Below the pieces are notes generated by a model. The model worked only from the letters and a program-made list of their open reading frames with translations, did not search any database and had not been told where the DNA came from. The position numbers were made by a program, and so were the translations under genes. This document shows, piece by piece, positions 36,328 through 46,254 of a DNA stretch of 64,000 bases; the first letter of the stretch is position 1, and every line of letters starts with the position of its first letter. The DNA is taken from IMG/VR virus record IMGVR_UViG_3300027792_000013, positions 51,929 to 115,928 of that record; one strand, 5' to 3'. The stretch comes from a virus.

Positions 36328-37734
36328 TTACAGATTGGTGATCGTAATGTATCTGTAGTACAGATGCGCACCAAAAGGATTTTCACCTAGACCGTATCGA
36401 GTTTGGAACCAGATCCTGGGCTGACCGTCTTCTTCACCAATACCCTTTTTGATTGTCAGTGGAACATAAGGGCAATAGTAAAGACCGGCATCCCATTCTG
36501 AGGTACCTTTGTAGCCAACGACACAATAGTTAGATGTTGCATAGATATCAACATAGACTTTGTACTTATGACCCAGGGTTCCAATAAAAGCACTATTTCC
36601 GAGATTAACATCTCCAATACCATAGTCGGTATTTCCGGGACCGTAGTGCTTAAACATTGGAAGACTTTCAATCATTGAAGCTACATCAAGACTACAAACA
36701 ATGAAATTGCCCCGACCTCGTAAAGTATCCTTTGCGATTTGGTTACCAGTTTTGTTGAACTTTTGAATCATCGACCAAGTCTTTTCTAGGCTCCAACGAC
36801 CATCCGCATCACCACCTTCATCAATACTCAAATAGTTGAAAGTTGAAGTTCCACCCAACTGAGCCTTTTCAATTAGCTTGTCCAAAAATCTTTTGTTCAT
36901 TTCAACTGCCACTTCATTACCAAGGGCTTTGGTAAGTTCAGCATCAGCATCCATACCATGAACTGATTTCAAATCCTGGGCAAGTTCATCAGTGAATTTA
37001 GCTTTTAACCGATAGTTATCAGCTGTTACTGTCACTTTCTCGATGACCATTCCGAGTTCTCGAATCCCGGTTGTTGCAGCTTCTGCAGCAGCAACATTAG
37101 CGAACTTTCCATATTCTTTGAAGAGGAACCGGAAATGAGCTTCGTTATCATAATAAGAACTAATTGTGGTTTCCGCACTAACGAAAGGATTTGCGTTATC
37201 AACGCTATCATCTTCCGCAAAGCTACCCGAAGTGATTTCTACCAGTACTGTATTGCCTTCCTTGTATCGAACAACACCAACTCCGGCTCCACTACCATTA
37301 CTGGTAATGGCTCCTTCTTGTACGAAGGCAGCCGCAGAACCTAAAACCATAACACAGGAATTTGAAGCCTTTACGGGGTAAGCCGTGTTATTATGATAAA
37401 CAGTTTTCATACAAAAAACTAAGCCGCTAGGACCAGTCATTGGCTGAACACCAAAAAGATCCATACCAATTAGTTGAGGAAAACCTCTTCGAATAACAGA
37501 GACTAGAACGGGTTCATACTTCTGTATATCGCCCGTTTCTGTCTTTTCTGCTAACAGGTAATCTTGTTTTTCATTTTCCAAAAGAACAGCCATAACAGAT
37601 TTTTGACGATCTGTTAAGGTCGGATACCCGACCCGCTCACTCAAAAATCCAGGAATCTCTTGATTGGTTTTCGGATCAATGGATGGTTCTGACCATTCCT
37701 GAAGTAATTGTGGAATAGGTTTAATTTGTAACAT
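36328..37734 (-). CDS. gp23: gp23 major capsid protein
   Basis: GVQPMTGPSGLVF, ELAQDLKSVHGMDADAEL, RGRGNFIVCS, GYKG...DAGLYYCPYVPL, TRYGL.ENPF. Confidence 0.97.
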   Translation of the reverse strand: MLQIKPIPQLLQEWSEPSIDPKTNQEIPGFLSERVGYPTLTDRQKSVMAVLLENEKQDYLLAEKTETGDIQKYEPVLVSVIRRGFPQLIGMDLFGVQPMTGPSGLVFCMKTVYHNNTAYPVKASNSCVMVLGSAAAFVQEGAITSNGSGAGVGVVRYKEGNTVLVEITSGSFAEDDSVDNANPFVSAETTISSYYDNEAHFRFLFKEYGKFANVAAAEAATTGIRELGMVIEKVTVTADNYRLKAKFTDELAQDLKSVHGMDADAELTKALGNEVAVEMNKRFLDKLIEKAQLGGTSTFNYLSIDEGGDADGRWSLEKTWSMIQKFNKTGNQIAKDTLRGRGNFIVCSLDVASMIESLPMFKHYGPGNTDYGIGDVNLGNSAFIGTLGHKYKVYVDIYATSNYCVVGYKGTSEWDAGLYYCPYVPLTIKKGIGEEDGQPRIWFQTRYGLGENPFGAHLYYRYITITNL

Positions 37735-37745
37735 AGTTTCCTCCT

Positions 37746-38411
37746 TTACAATAGTGAAGCGTACTTTGCGCTTTCACTTACGACAATTTCTTCCTTCTTT
37801 TTAGAATCTTCCACCAGACTCTCGATTAAGAAGTCCAATTTCCCACTAAAAACTTTGGTGTCTGAAAAATCCATTTCGGAAATCAAATTTTTTAGTTTGT
37901 CTCTTTTCACATCTGTCAATGTTTTTGTTCTTTCATCAAATATTCGAGAGCATTGCAAACGAAGATTCTCTTCTTTGAGATGAAGGTTTTCCTCATTCTT
38001 GTTACCAAGTTCCTCTTTCAAATTAACGTTTTCTTCATTGAGACTGTCGAAAATGCCTTTTTGATCTTCGGGGATTGTTAATGAATTTTCCTTGATAACA
38101 CCAATTACAGCATCTGCGATTTGACTTTTGAGACGCAATTGTAAAGATTCTTCAATAGTAGTTTTGTTTTCTTTGAAATACTCATCGAGAGCTTCAGTCA
38201 AAAACGAATCAACTTTTGAAATCAATCCGGTTTTGAATTCATCTACTTCGTTGAGTATTTCTTTTTCAGCAGCTTCCCTAATCTCTTCTTTCATTGAAGA
38301 TACTTTTTCGGAGACCGCGGCTTCGAAAAGAACTTCAATTTTGGTATTGAATTCTTCCGTTAGAAGAGTAGGATCTACTGTTTCGAATAACTCTTTCAGT
38401 TTCTCTTTCAT
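37746..38411 (-). CDS. gp22: gp22 prohead scaffold
   Basis: VLFEAAV, acidic coiled coil, upstream of gp23; late promoter at 38431-38438. Confidence 0.85.
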   Translation of the reverse strand: MKEKLKELFETVDPTLLTEEFNTKIEVLFEAAVSEKVSSMKEEIREAAEKEILNEVDEFKTGLISKVDSFLTEALDEYFKENKTTIEESLQLRLKSQIADAVIGVIKENSLTIPEDQKGIFDSLNEENVNLKEELGNKNEENLHLKEENLRLQCSRIFDERTKTLTDVKRDKLKNLISEMDFSDTKVFSGKLDFLIESLVEDSKKKEEIVVSESAKYASLL

Positions 38412-38461
38412 GTTAACCTCCTTTGAAATCTATTTATAAAAATTTAATTTTTCATTTTTTT

Positions 38462-39151
38462 TTAAACTAACTCAAATGAGTAATATATATAATCAGCTTG
38501 CAAATATCTCATTGCAGCCCCCTTTGTTTTGTAAATACCAAAAGAAGGGCCAATTGGTTGATATGTTAAAGCTGGTGTTATATCACAAATTGGAATATCG
38601 TTGATGCTAAAATAGACTTTGGCATCAGTTTTTTTCTTTTCAATTGAAAGTTTAATCCAATCAGTTGTGATCACAACACCGGTATCAAAGTTAGTTATTT
38701 CATTACCATCCATATTATATACAATTCTCCAGTTAGGTGAATTTTTATCACAATAAAACTGAAGATCATTGTATGCTACCATATCAATCATACTTAACCC
38801 AGCTCTGACTTTAAATTCATCAGTTTCATTAGTTAGAGTACATATTTTTAATCTCTGATGTAAAATAAATTCAGACAGAGAGGAAAACTGAATAAATTTA
38901 TAGATTGAATGTAGAGAACAATATCCAGTCGATGCCGTTCCAGTATTTAAACCAACAAACCCAACTGCATCAGCATCAGAATTAAGAGTTGTAATACCAG
39001 CACCGGCTCCACTGAATTTGATTTGCAAATGCGGTCCAACCATTTGACCATTAGATAATCCTGGTTGAATTCCAAACATGAAATGTTCAAAAGACTGTTG
39101 CGCCTTCAAAACCTTTTCAAACGTTATACGTCCATCACATTGTACTGACAT
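38462..39151 (-). CDS. Beta-rich hypothetical virion protein (possible lectin/ConA-like)
   Basis: Inserted between gp21 and gp22; beta-strand-rich composition. Confidence 0.5.
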   Translation of the reverse strand: MSVQCDGRITFEKVLKAQQSFEHFMFGIQPGLSNGQMVGPHLQIKFSGAGAGITTLNSDADAVGFVGLNTGTASTGYCSLHSIYKFIQFSSLSEFILHQRLKICTLTNETDEFKVRAGLSMIDMVAYNDLQFYCDKNSPNWRIVYNMDGNEITNFDTGVVITTDWIKLSIEKKKTDAKVYFSINDIPICDITPALTYQPIGPSFGIYKTKGAAMRYLQADYIYYSFELV

Positions 39152-39162
39152 TGTTTTTCTCC

Positions 39163-39849
39163 TTAGATTTTTTTACCATTTTTTAACATTTTTAATAATA
39201 GACTGAACCCTTCAAAAAAAACTTTTTGTTTTTCTTCGGTACTCATTGTACTAATAAAAGATGATTTTACTCTACGTTTTACCTGCTCCGCAATATTTTC
39301 GTCAATAAAATCATACTCTACACTTTCGCAAATTCCTTGAACAAAAGCTTCTGGCCCAGCAGGATCGCAAACAATATCTCCAGGGGTAATCAATTTCATT
39401 CCCCTTTGAACAAATTTAGTTCCGTTTTGTTCTTTTAGTGCCCCAGTTGCCCTAGAAGAAATTCCTATTCTTGTTTTTTCATCAATAAAAGTTTTTACGA
39501 TATTACCAAGCGGGGTTGGCAATACTTTGGCTTTACTAATGAAATTGTTACCATCTTGAATCAATTCGAGAAACAAATGGGATACCCTATCCGGATTTAC
39601 GATTGGAGAATTTGGATGTCCTAGTTCTCCATAAGCTCCGCGAGGAACTATAAAATCTCTATTGTAAACATCTAGAGATTCTTGAATAACATCTAGCCCA
39701 TAATATCTACTATTTTTGTTTTTGATATTACATTGAATTGTTATGCCTTTAATGTAATAGTTAGGTTGAGAATTAGAAGTTTCCTCTTGTAAAATCTCAG
39801 ATGTAGTTTCCCACGTAGTTTCTCGGAACAGTTTAAGTTGACTATCCAT
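39163..39849 (-). CDS. gp21: gp21 prohead protease
   Basis: NKNSRYY, GELGHP, RVSH, TPLGNIVK, GISSRATG, DIVCDP. Confidence 0.93.
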   Translation of the reverse strand: MDSQLKLFRETTWETTSEILQEETSNSQPNYYIKGITIQCNIKNKNSRYYGLDVIQESLDVYNRDFIVPRGAYGELGHPNSPIVNPDRVSHLFLELIQDGNNFISKAKVLPTPLGNIVKTFIDEKTRIGISSRATGALKEQNGTKFVQRGMKLITPGDIVCDPAGPEAFVQGICESVEYDFIDENIAEQVKRRVKSSFISTMSTEEKQKVFFEGFSLLLKMLKNGKKI

Positions 39850-39867
39850 TTCTACCTCCCTGAGAGA

Positions 39868-40026
39868 TTAGACACTCCCAACTATGTCATTTCGGATGTT
39901 TTCATTCATCTTTTCAATCCGTTCCTGAGCTTTTTCGTGAAGTTCTTCACCAATTAGCTCCTTGAATTTCAACGAATTACCTCGACTGGCCTCAAGTAAA
40001 GCCTCTAAAATTCTTTCTTTACCCAT
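39868..40026 (-). CDS. gp67-like small prohead core protein (52 aa), not in the ORF track
   Basis: MGKERILEALLEASRGNSLKFKELIGEELHEK...; GGAGG RBS; directly upstream of gp21. Confidence 0.6.
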   Translation of the reverse strand: MGKERILEALLEASRGNSLKFKELIGEELHEKAQERIEKMNENIRNDIVGSV

Positions 40027-40036
40027 GATTTACCTC

Positions 40037-41713
40037 CTAGACCGCGGTCTTTAATATCTCTTCGAAACTAACACTTGATGCAACTGCGTTGAAGTTCAGC
40101 TGAATAAATTCAGCTGCCCTAACCGGCTTGATGTAGATGTCACCGACAAAGGCATTATTGTCTATGATATAAGGTGTATTGTTTGTGGTGTCACAAACAG
40201 TAAAGAAATCATAGATTCCACCTTTACCTTTTACGTATTCCAAAAATGGATCCACCATTAGTTTGAACATTGACCTTGTGAACTCATCATTGTTTTGAAA
40301 CAGAAAAGATCTTGATGCTGTGGCTATTGACTTTTCTAAGAGAATGAATAATCTACGTACATTGATTCTATTGAATGCACTATCTAGACTCAACAATGTT
40401 TTTTGTCCCCAGATCATATTACCTTCACTTGGGAAACTTACTATTGGATTGATACCATTTTTGTACAAAGTATCTCTTTGAGTTTTGTTTGGGATAATAG
40501 CAAATTTCAAAACATTTCTGAATTGGCCATTGCTATATCCCGCGGGTGCTTTCCAGACTTCATCGTAATAATCCGTTCTGCTAAAACATCCGGCTATATC
40601 GCCGCTTACAGGAACCCAACGTTGAATGTCGCTGTACTTATCATATATTCTTTTCCAGTTAGCATATAAAGCACCATAACTCGTATTTTTATTCAAAGTC
40701 GAGTTTCTATAGGAAACACAATTACTAATTGCGGTTGAAGTATCAACCGCAAAAATCTCCGATGAAGGAACTGTATTTACTGAAAAACAATCTAATCTAT
40801 TTGCGGCAATATCGATAATATAACTTTGAATTATTGAATTGCAATTGCCTCCATCCATCAAAATTGAAACATCGAATTCTTCTGAGTTTGCAAATAAGTC
40901 ATATCCGGTTTGAATATTTCCGGTAGTTGGATCACCATCCAACCCACCCGACATTCCAACTTTTTCAAAACTTGATGGTAGATTTGCATTAGAGGTATTG
41001 TCATACGCATATACCCAAGCAGATCTATCATTCAAAACATTTTCGATATACTTTGAGCGACCCGTAGCATCTTTAGCGTCTGGATCTAGTGATACTATCC
41101 ATTTTTCCTGAATTAGCCAATTATCATCTAACCAATTTTTTACGAGAATCGCAACAGCAATTTCATTTTGTGCTTCGGTTGCCCCGGCACTAGGGGCAAA
41201 TTCAAATTCGTCTTCAAAACTAACACCACTTTCAATTTCAGCAGTTGCAAAATCGGCCACGTTACAAAGAGCAATTCGAATTTTAGAATTTCCTAAATCT
41301 CCTGGGTACTTTGCAAAAAATTTTAGTTTTTCATTTGTGCTGAAAGACACTGTTGGTTGATTTGAAGAATTTGGAATGTATTCCTGTGCACCGTCGGTGG
41401 TATCACCATAGGTGTCATCGTATACAACAATTCCGGCATTTTTTGCAGCTGTTGAGTTTACGGCTCGAACAACCCACAAATTATTTGCATATCGTAAAAA
41501 TTCTGTATTGCTGAACCAATGTTCAAAATTACCGGCAACAGGTAAACCCCAAAATTCATAATTTTCTCTTTCATTGGTTGTTAATTTTCTTTCAAAACAA
41601 GGTCCCCATTTTGCCTTGATTACATTACCAACAATTGATGTTGCGATAATTGGAACCGTTGTAGTGAAATCAAACTCCCTCACCTGAACACTCGGACTTA
41701 GCGAAAAAGACAT
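40037..41713 (-). CDS. gp18: gp18 tail sheath
   Basis: MSFSLSPSVQVREFD, WGP, YDKYSD..RWVP.SGDIAG, APAG, SAFNRINVRRLF, IYIKPVR. Confidence 0.96.
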   Translation of the reverse strand: MSFSLSPSVQVREFDFTTTVPIIATSIVGNVIKAKWGPCFERKLTTNERENYEFWGLPVAGNFEHWFSNTEFLRYANNLWVVRAVNSTAAKNAGIVVYDDTYGDTTDGAQEYIPNSSNQPTVSFSTNEKLKFFAKYPGDLGNSKIRIALCNVADFATAEIESGVSFEDEFEFAPSAGATEAQNEIAVAILVKNWLDDNWLIQEKWIVSLDPDAKDATGRSKYIENVLNDRSAWVYAYDNTSNANLPSSFEKVGMSGGLDGDPTTGNIQTGYDLFANSEEFDVSILMDGGNCNSIIQSYIIDIAANRLDCFSVNTVPSSEIFAVDTSTAISNCVSYRNSTLNKNTSYGALYANWKRIYDKYSDIQRWVPVSGDIAGCFSRTDYYDEVWKAPAGYSNGQFRNVLKFAIIPNKTQRDTLYKNGINPIVSFPSEGNMIWGQKTLLSLDSAFNRINVRRLFILLEKSIATASRSFLFQNNDEFTRSMFKLMVDPFLEYVKGKGGIYDFFTVCDTTNNTPYIIDNNAFVGDIYIKPVRAAEFIQLNFNAVASSVSFEEILKTAV

Positions 41714-41784
41714 TTGTCACCTTCCTTTTGGTTTCGGCAATGCACGAAACCTGAAATTTCAGGATATATATTATCCTCAAAAAG

Positions 41785-41804
41785 TATTTATAAAAATATA
41801 AATA
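41785..41804. promoter_or_regulatory. Back-to-back T4-type late promoters (TATAAATA on - at 41785-41792 and on + at 41797-41804)
   Basis: Exact octamers at the strand switch; further copies at 16492, 27031, 29169, 32368, 38431, 42371(+), 51610, 52772, 60726, 61605. Confidence 0.8.
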
Positions 41805-41812
41805 GTTTTTAG

Positions 41813-42379
41813 ATGAAAACATTTAAAGAGTTTTTATTAGAAGAACAAGTAAAAATTAATAAGTATTTTCTCGAAACTTTTTTTTCTGGAAACTTAGATC
41901 TAGCATTCGAATATCAAAGTGAAAGTTTCAAAGCAAAGGTTGTTCCATTTTTTAAAAAAAGATATTTATTAGACAAAAATAGCAATTATACGATATTGAG
42001 TAAAAAAATTATAGATCGGGGTGGAAGGTGGTTATCCCAACCGTCAAGCCAAATATTATTGGTGGTGCTTGGAAGAAAATACTTGCAATCATTACTTGAT
42101 ACCAGTACATCGGGGTACGTATCTGAATCCGAAACAATTTTGTTATCACTATATTTTCATAAAGAAAAGTTCAAAGAAACAGAATTCAATTTATCTAATT
42201 TATTGCGATTGCGTTCAGATATTGAATTTTTTAACTTAACAAAAGAAGAATTGGTTCCTATTTTAATGGGTTTGTCGGCAAAACATCCAAGTTTTATTAA
42301 TGTTTCATTTACACATGATTTAGAAAAAATCAGTTTATATAATAAGGGTATATTAGATGTTGCACAATTATATAAATAA
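41813..42379 (+). CDS. Hypothetical protein with MKTFKEFLLEE N-terminus (probable internal head protein)
   Basis: Resembles the T4 capsid-targeting sequence; late promoter upstream. Confidence 0.65.
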   Translation: MKTFKEFLLEEQVKINKYFLETFFSGNLDLAFEYQSESFKAKVVPFFKKRYLLDKNSNYTILSKKIIDRGGRWLSQPSSQILLVVLGRKYLQSLLDTSTSGYVSESETILLSLYFHKEKFKETEFNLSNLLRLRSDIEFFNLTKEELVPILMGLSAKHPSFINVSFTHDLEKISLYNKGILDVAQLYK

Positions 42380-42396
42380 AACAAAGGAGTAAAAAA

Positions 42397-42729
42397 ATGA
42401 AAGGTTCTAAATTGTTTGAAGAAGGATATGATAGAGATACTGATTTTGTAATCAAAAAAGAGATTAAATCAATCAGTTCGATACTAAAGAAAAAGTTTAT
42501 GATAGGATTTAAATATAGATTGGAAGATAGAATAACCATAGGGACAATTTATTTTTGGATAGAAGGTGGAGATGGTTCATTATATAATATTGAAAATCCC
42601 CAATATGAAGCCGAAAGGGAAAAAATAAAAAAAATAGCATATAGCAATAGAACAGATCCATATCCCAAAATAGAAGCTTTATTAAGCAAATATAGAGAAG
42701 AAATTGTTAATGCATTTAAAAAAATTTAA
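42397..42729 (+). CDS. Hypothetical protein with MKGSKLFEE N-terminus
   Basis: AAGGAG RBS; late promoter at 42371-42378. Confidence 0.65.
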   Translation: MKGSKLFEEGYDRDTDFVIKKEIKSISSILKKKFMIGFKYRLEDRITIGTIYFWIEGGDGSLYNIENPQYEAEREKIKKIAYSNRTDPYPKIEALLSKYREEIVNAFKKI

Positions 42730-42750
42730 CAATGTACAAATTACGATAAG

Positions 42751-44373
42751 ATGCTTAACAATTTAGAAAAATATCCAGAAGAGTTTTGTTATCACAAAAT
42801 ATTCAATTTGAGGAAGGAAAATCTGGATTTTCCTTATACACAATTCCAATACGATGAAATCATTAAGTGTTCACAAGATATAGAATATTTTTTTCGAAAC
42901 TACATTTGGATCATCAATTTAGATGAGGGTTTGATAAAATTTAATCCCTACGATTTCCAAATCGATTTCGTTAAATCACTTCAAGATGAAAGATTTGTAA
43001 TCTCAAAGTTTCCTAGGCAGTCGGGTAAAACAACGAGTGTGGGAGCATTTCTATGCCACAGTATATTATTTCAGGAATATACTCAAATTGGTGTAGTGGC
43101 AAACAAACAAAAGACAGCCAGTGAAGTTTGTAAAAAACTTCAAACTATGTATTTGAACTTACCATTGTGGATGCAACAGGGTGTTCTTAACTGGGGTAAA
43201 CTTGGATTTGAATTAGAAAATGGATCGAGAATGGTAGTTGAGCCTACGAGTGGAACCGCTCTTAGTGGATATTCAATTTCAATTTTGTACTGGGATGAAA
43301 TGTCTAAGTGCCCACCAAATTTAGCCAATGACTTCTTAGCTAGTGTTTATCCCACAATTTCTTCAGGAACCAGATCAAAAATTATTTTGACATCAACCCC
43401 AATTGGTTACAATCATTATGCTAAATTCTGGCACGATGCTAAAAATGAGCTCAATGGGTTTGTTCCACACGAAATAAATTGGAGAGATGTTCCAGGAAGA
43501 GACGAAAAATTTAAAATTGATACAATAGCCAAAATTGGACAGCGACTTTGGGACCAAGAATACGAGTGTAAATTTCTCGGTTCTTCTAACACATTAATTG
43601 AAGGGTCTCGACTAGAAGAACTATATCATGTTAATCCAATTAAAGAGATGCTTGGGCATGACTTAAAAATTTATGAAGAACCCCATAGAAATGATAGAGG
43701 AGTAATTGATCATACCTTTGTATTAGTTGTAGATTCTAGTAAAGGTACCGGAAATGATTACCACGCATTTCAGATCATAGATGTTTCGGTTATTCCGTGG
43801 AAACAAGTTGCGGTATATAGAAACAATGTCCTTGATTGGATGCATTATGCTCCAATAGTTAATGAAATTGTAAATATGTATGGTGATAATATTTTGCTTG
43901 TATGTGAAAATAATGATATTGGAGATGCTGTTTTAAAATCTTTAATGTATGATTTGGAGTGCAATGCCTTAGTTTATGCTCCGGAAGGCGGAAAACCTGG
44001 TTTGAATATGAATGTAAAAACTAAAAAGATGGGCAACGCTACTTTGAAATCTTTAATTGAAAATCAAAAATTGGAAATCATTGATTTTGATACAATAAAC
44101 GAATTATACAGATTTGTTCAAAGTGGAACTACGTTTTGTGCAGAATCAGGATATAATGATGATTTAGCTATGGGATTGGTAATGTTCGCATTTGTTAGTA
44201 CAACCAAAATGTTCAGTGAATTTGTTAATTCTGGAGCTTCTCTTCGTGAAACCCTATTTGGAAAAAATCAACAACGAATTTTAGATGATCTACCATGTCC
44301 TGGATTTTCTACCAATGGAAGTGATTTGGGACCAGGAGAAGAGATTTTTGATTCAAATTCTTCGTTGTTCTAA
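42751..44373 (+). CDS. gp17: gp17 terminase large subunit
   Basis: PYDFQ, PRQSGKTT, ELENGS, WDE, YPTISSG..SKIILTSTP.G.NH, QEYEC.F.GS, VDSSKG.G.DY, NDDLAM. Confidence 0.95.
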   Translation: MLNNLEKYPEEFCYHKIFNLRKENLDFPYTQFQYDEIIKCSQDIEYFFRNYIWIINLDEGLIKFNPYDFQIDFVKSLQDERFVISKFPRQSGKTTSVGAFLCHSILFQEYTQIGVVANKQKTASEVCKKLQTMYLNLPLWMQQGVLNWGKLGFELENGSRMVVEPTSGTALSGYSISILYWDEMSKCPPNLANDFLASVYPTISSGTRSKIILTSTPIGYNHYAKFWHDAKNELNGFVPHEINWRDVPGRDEKFKIDTIAKIGQRLWDQEYECKFLGSSNTLIEGSRLEELYHVNPIKEMLGHDLKIYEEPHRNDRGVIDHTFVLVVDSSKGTGNDYHAFQIIDVSVIPWKQVAVYRNNVLDWMHYAPIVNEIVNMYGDNILLVCENNDIGDAVLKSLMYDLECNALVYAPEGGKPGLNMNVKTKKMGNATLKSLIENQKLEIIDFDTINELYRFVQSGTTFCAESGYNDDLAMGLVMFAFVSTTKMFSEFVNSGASLRETLFGKNQQRILDDLPCPGFSTNGSDLGPGEEIFDSNSSLF

Positions 44374-44544
44374 AAATGATAGACTCCAACAAAGAATCAA
44401 ATACAACGGAATAAAGAGTCCAATAAATTTCGTTATTTCTTTGGAATCAATACCGAGTACAAAAACTCCGACCCCAGTTGCGAAAACAATAACCAATAGA
44501 AACAACGAAAAAAATTTAAAACTTAGTTTTTTCATTATTACCAC
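44353..44544 (-). CDS. Small two-TM membrane protein
   Basis: Two hydrophobic segments. Confidence 0.5.
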   Translation of the reverse strand: MVIMKKLSFKFFSLFLLVIVFATGVGVFVLGIDSKEITKFIGLFIPLYLILCWSLSFLEQRRI

Positions 44545-45002
44545 TCCTTTGTTTTCAAGTGTTCAATCAATTTTATTTTCGTTGCAAACTTAGTACCCTC
44601 TGGATAGTTCATCTGATCTAATTCATAAATAAACCCTTTCCGTAGACCACGCTCAGAACAAAATGGCGGAAGATCTCCTGAGGCTGGTTCATATTCTATT
44701 CGCATCAATTGATATTCTAAAAATGTGTCTTGATTATTAACTGGCTGGCTAGAAAAACACGGCACACACTTTTCTAAATATGTTTCAACAAACTTCTTGT
44801 TTGAAAAGCAGGTTAGCCAAAACCCACGTTCTTTTAACCATTTTGGTGGTTCTACAAACTGATCAAAGAAATATTCAACCTGTGCTTTTCCTTTTACATA
44901 AACCGACAAATACTTTCTAGTTTTGTCTTTTTTACAAAGAGCCACTACAATCTTGTAACCATATTTAATTTTTGGAACCTTAGATAATTTTTTCAATACC
45001 AC
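44538..45002 (-). CDS. Hypothetical protein
   Basis: GTG start with AAGGGAG RBS. Confidence 0.6.
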   Translation of the reverse strand: MVLKKLSKVPKIKYGYKIVVALCKKDKTRKYLSVYVKGKAQVEYFFDQFVEPPKWLKERGFWLTCFSNKKFVETYLEKCVPCFSSQPVNNQDTFLEYQLMRIEYEPASGDLPPFCSERGLRKGFIYELDQMNYPEGTKFATKIKLIEHLKTKEW

Positions 45003-45045
45003 GCGTTTTCTCCCTTATAAAATTCTGTTTTTATTTTCCTTCTTG

Positions 45046-45456
45046 TCATATCAACAAATCTGCAAGATTTATGAGTTCACTAAAAACATCTGAATATCCA
45101 TGGGCAGGTCCATTTTCCCATGCAATCCTCTTCAGTGTTCCGGCTTTGGGATGATTGGGGTCAATATCAAGTTCAGTAAAAGCATCTTTCCAAAATTCCT
45201 CGTCTAATCTTTTGTCCTCCTTACCATGTGCATCCAACATTTCCCCTCGTTTTGCAAATACTTCCAACTCCGTATCTTTAAGAATTTTCATCAAGTTTTG
45301 TATTGCTAATACGATTTCATTGACTTTTTCTTCGCCAATTAATTCAGTCCATGAATAAATAAGATTGTTAAGATACTCAATGTTTGGAACACGTTGCACG
45401 TAGATTGGATATGGTTTCTCATTTTTGTATTTGTCAAAATTCATTTTTGCCTCCAT
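45046..45456 (-). CDS. Hypothetical protein
   Basis: Co-oriented; AWENGPAHGY. Confidence 0.6.
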   Translation of the reverse strand: MEAKMNFDKYKNEKPYPIYVQRVPNIEYLNNLIYSWTELIGEEKVNEIVLAIQNLMKILKDTELEVFAKRGEMLDAHGKEDKRLDEEFWKDAFTELDIDPNHPKAGTLKRIAWENGPAHGYSDVFSELINLADLLI

Positions 45457-45475
45457 TATTTGTTAATTTTTCTAA

Positions 45476-45802
45476 TCATTTGCCCCTTGCCTTTTTGATT
45501 GCAGCACGACGGGCTTTGGCTTTGTCGAGGGGGGCGTCCCCCCATGTAAGAGGGACAGCAATAATTTGTTTAACTGCTTCATTGCATTTCACGGGTTCTT
45601 CCTCATAATATGGGCAATCTATCTTCAATTTTGTTTTCCGAGATATAGAACCTCCATATGGCTCTGGTTTTGAAATCCAATACTTGCTTGCTGGTAATGG
45701 AGGAATTTTATATGGAAATTCACATTCTCCGGTTCCATAAGGTGACAATCTACCAGTTTTTGTTTTATGCCATTTCGCATATTTACATTTCAAACAAAAC
45801 AT
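45476..45802 (-). CDS. Cys-rich hypothetical protein (start MFCLKCKY)
   Basis: GGAGG RBS; CxxC...C...CP. Confidence 0.55.
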   Translation of the reverse strand: MFCLKCKYAKWHKTKTGRLSPYGTGECEFPYKIPPLPASKYWISKPEPYGGSISRKTKLKIDCPYYEEEPVKCNEAVKQIIAVPLTWGDAPLDKAKARRAAIKKARGK

Positions 45803-46254
45803 TCTTCCTCCTTTTGCGGCAAATAACAGGCTAAAATGTTGATGTTGCAATTACCAAAAATTTCAATGATCATTGTCTGTACGAATTCCCAATCAAGACC
45901 ATCAAGACCGCATCCTATTCTCGGCATTGCAATATCTTTAATGTCGTGCTTTATCACAAGTTCCCGCATCTTTTTTAATGCCACTTCAAGATCTTTATAA
46001 GTTGGTTTTTCATAAGAATATTTTTTTGTTATGAGATTAAATACCCGGCCGGTCAATATACAGGTTGGGTGTTGTAAATCAGAATAATGATGACGAAGTT
46101 CTGTTCTCAAATTAAATTTTGTTGCCATAGGAACGGCAATTCCAGCCCCCATTCTCAGATCACTTGCAATACAATGAGTTAAATAATACTTTGGTGGCAA
46201 TAGAAAAATGTCTTGTTTAATTTCTTTGAAAAGAAGTGCATTATCCATTTGCAT
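45790..46254 (-). CDS. Macrodomain ADP-ribosylhydrolase (Poa1p/OARD1-TARG1/DarG-like)
   Basis: HCIASDLRMGAGIA, FNLITK..Y.KPTY, AMPRIGCGLDGLDW. Confidence 0.88.
   Translation of the reverse strand: MQMDNALLFKEIKQDIFLLPPKYYLTHCIASDLRMGAGIAVPMATKFNLRTELRHHYSDLQHPTCILTGRVFNLITKKYSYEKPTYKDLEVALKKMRELVIKHDIKDIAMPRIGCGLDGLDWEFVQTMIIEIFGNCNINILACYLPQKEEECFV

Noticed and set aside
140-44373. Inteins or introns in gp41, gp43, uvsW, gp17, gp20
   Set aside because: Proteins are normal length with contiguous motifs and no intein termini
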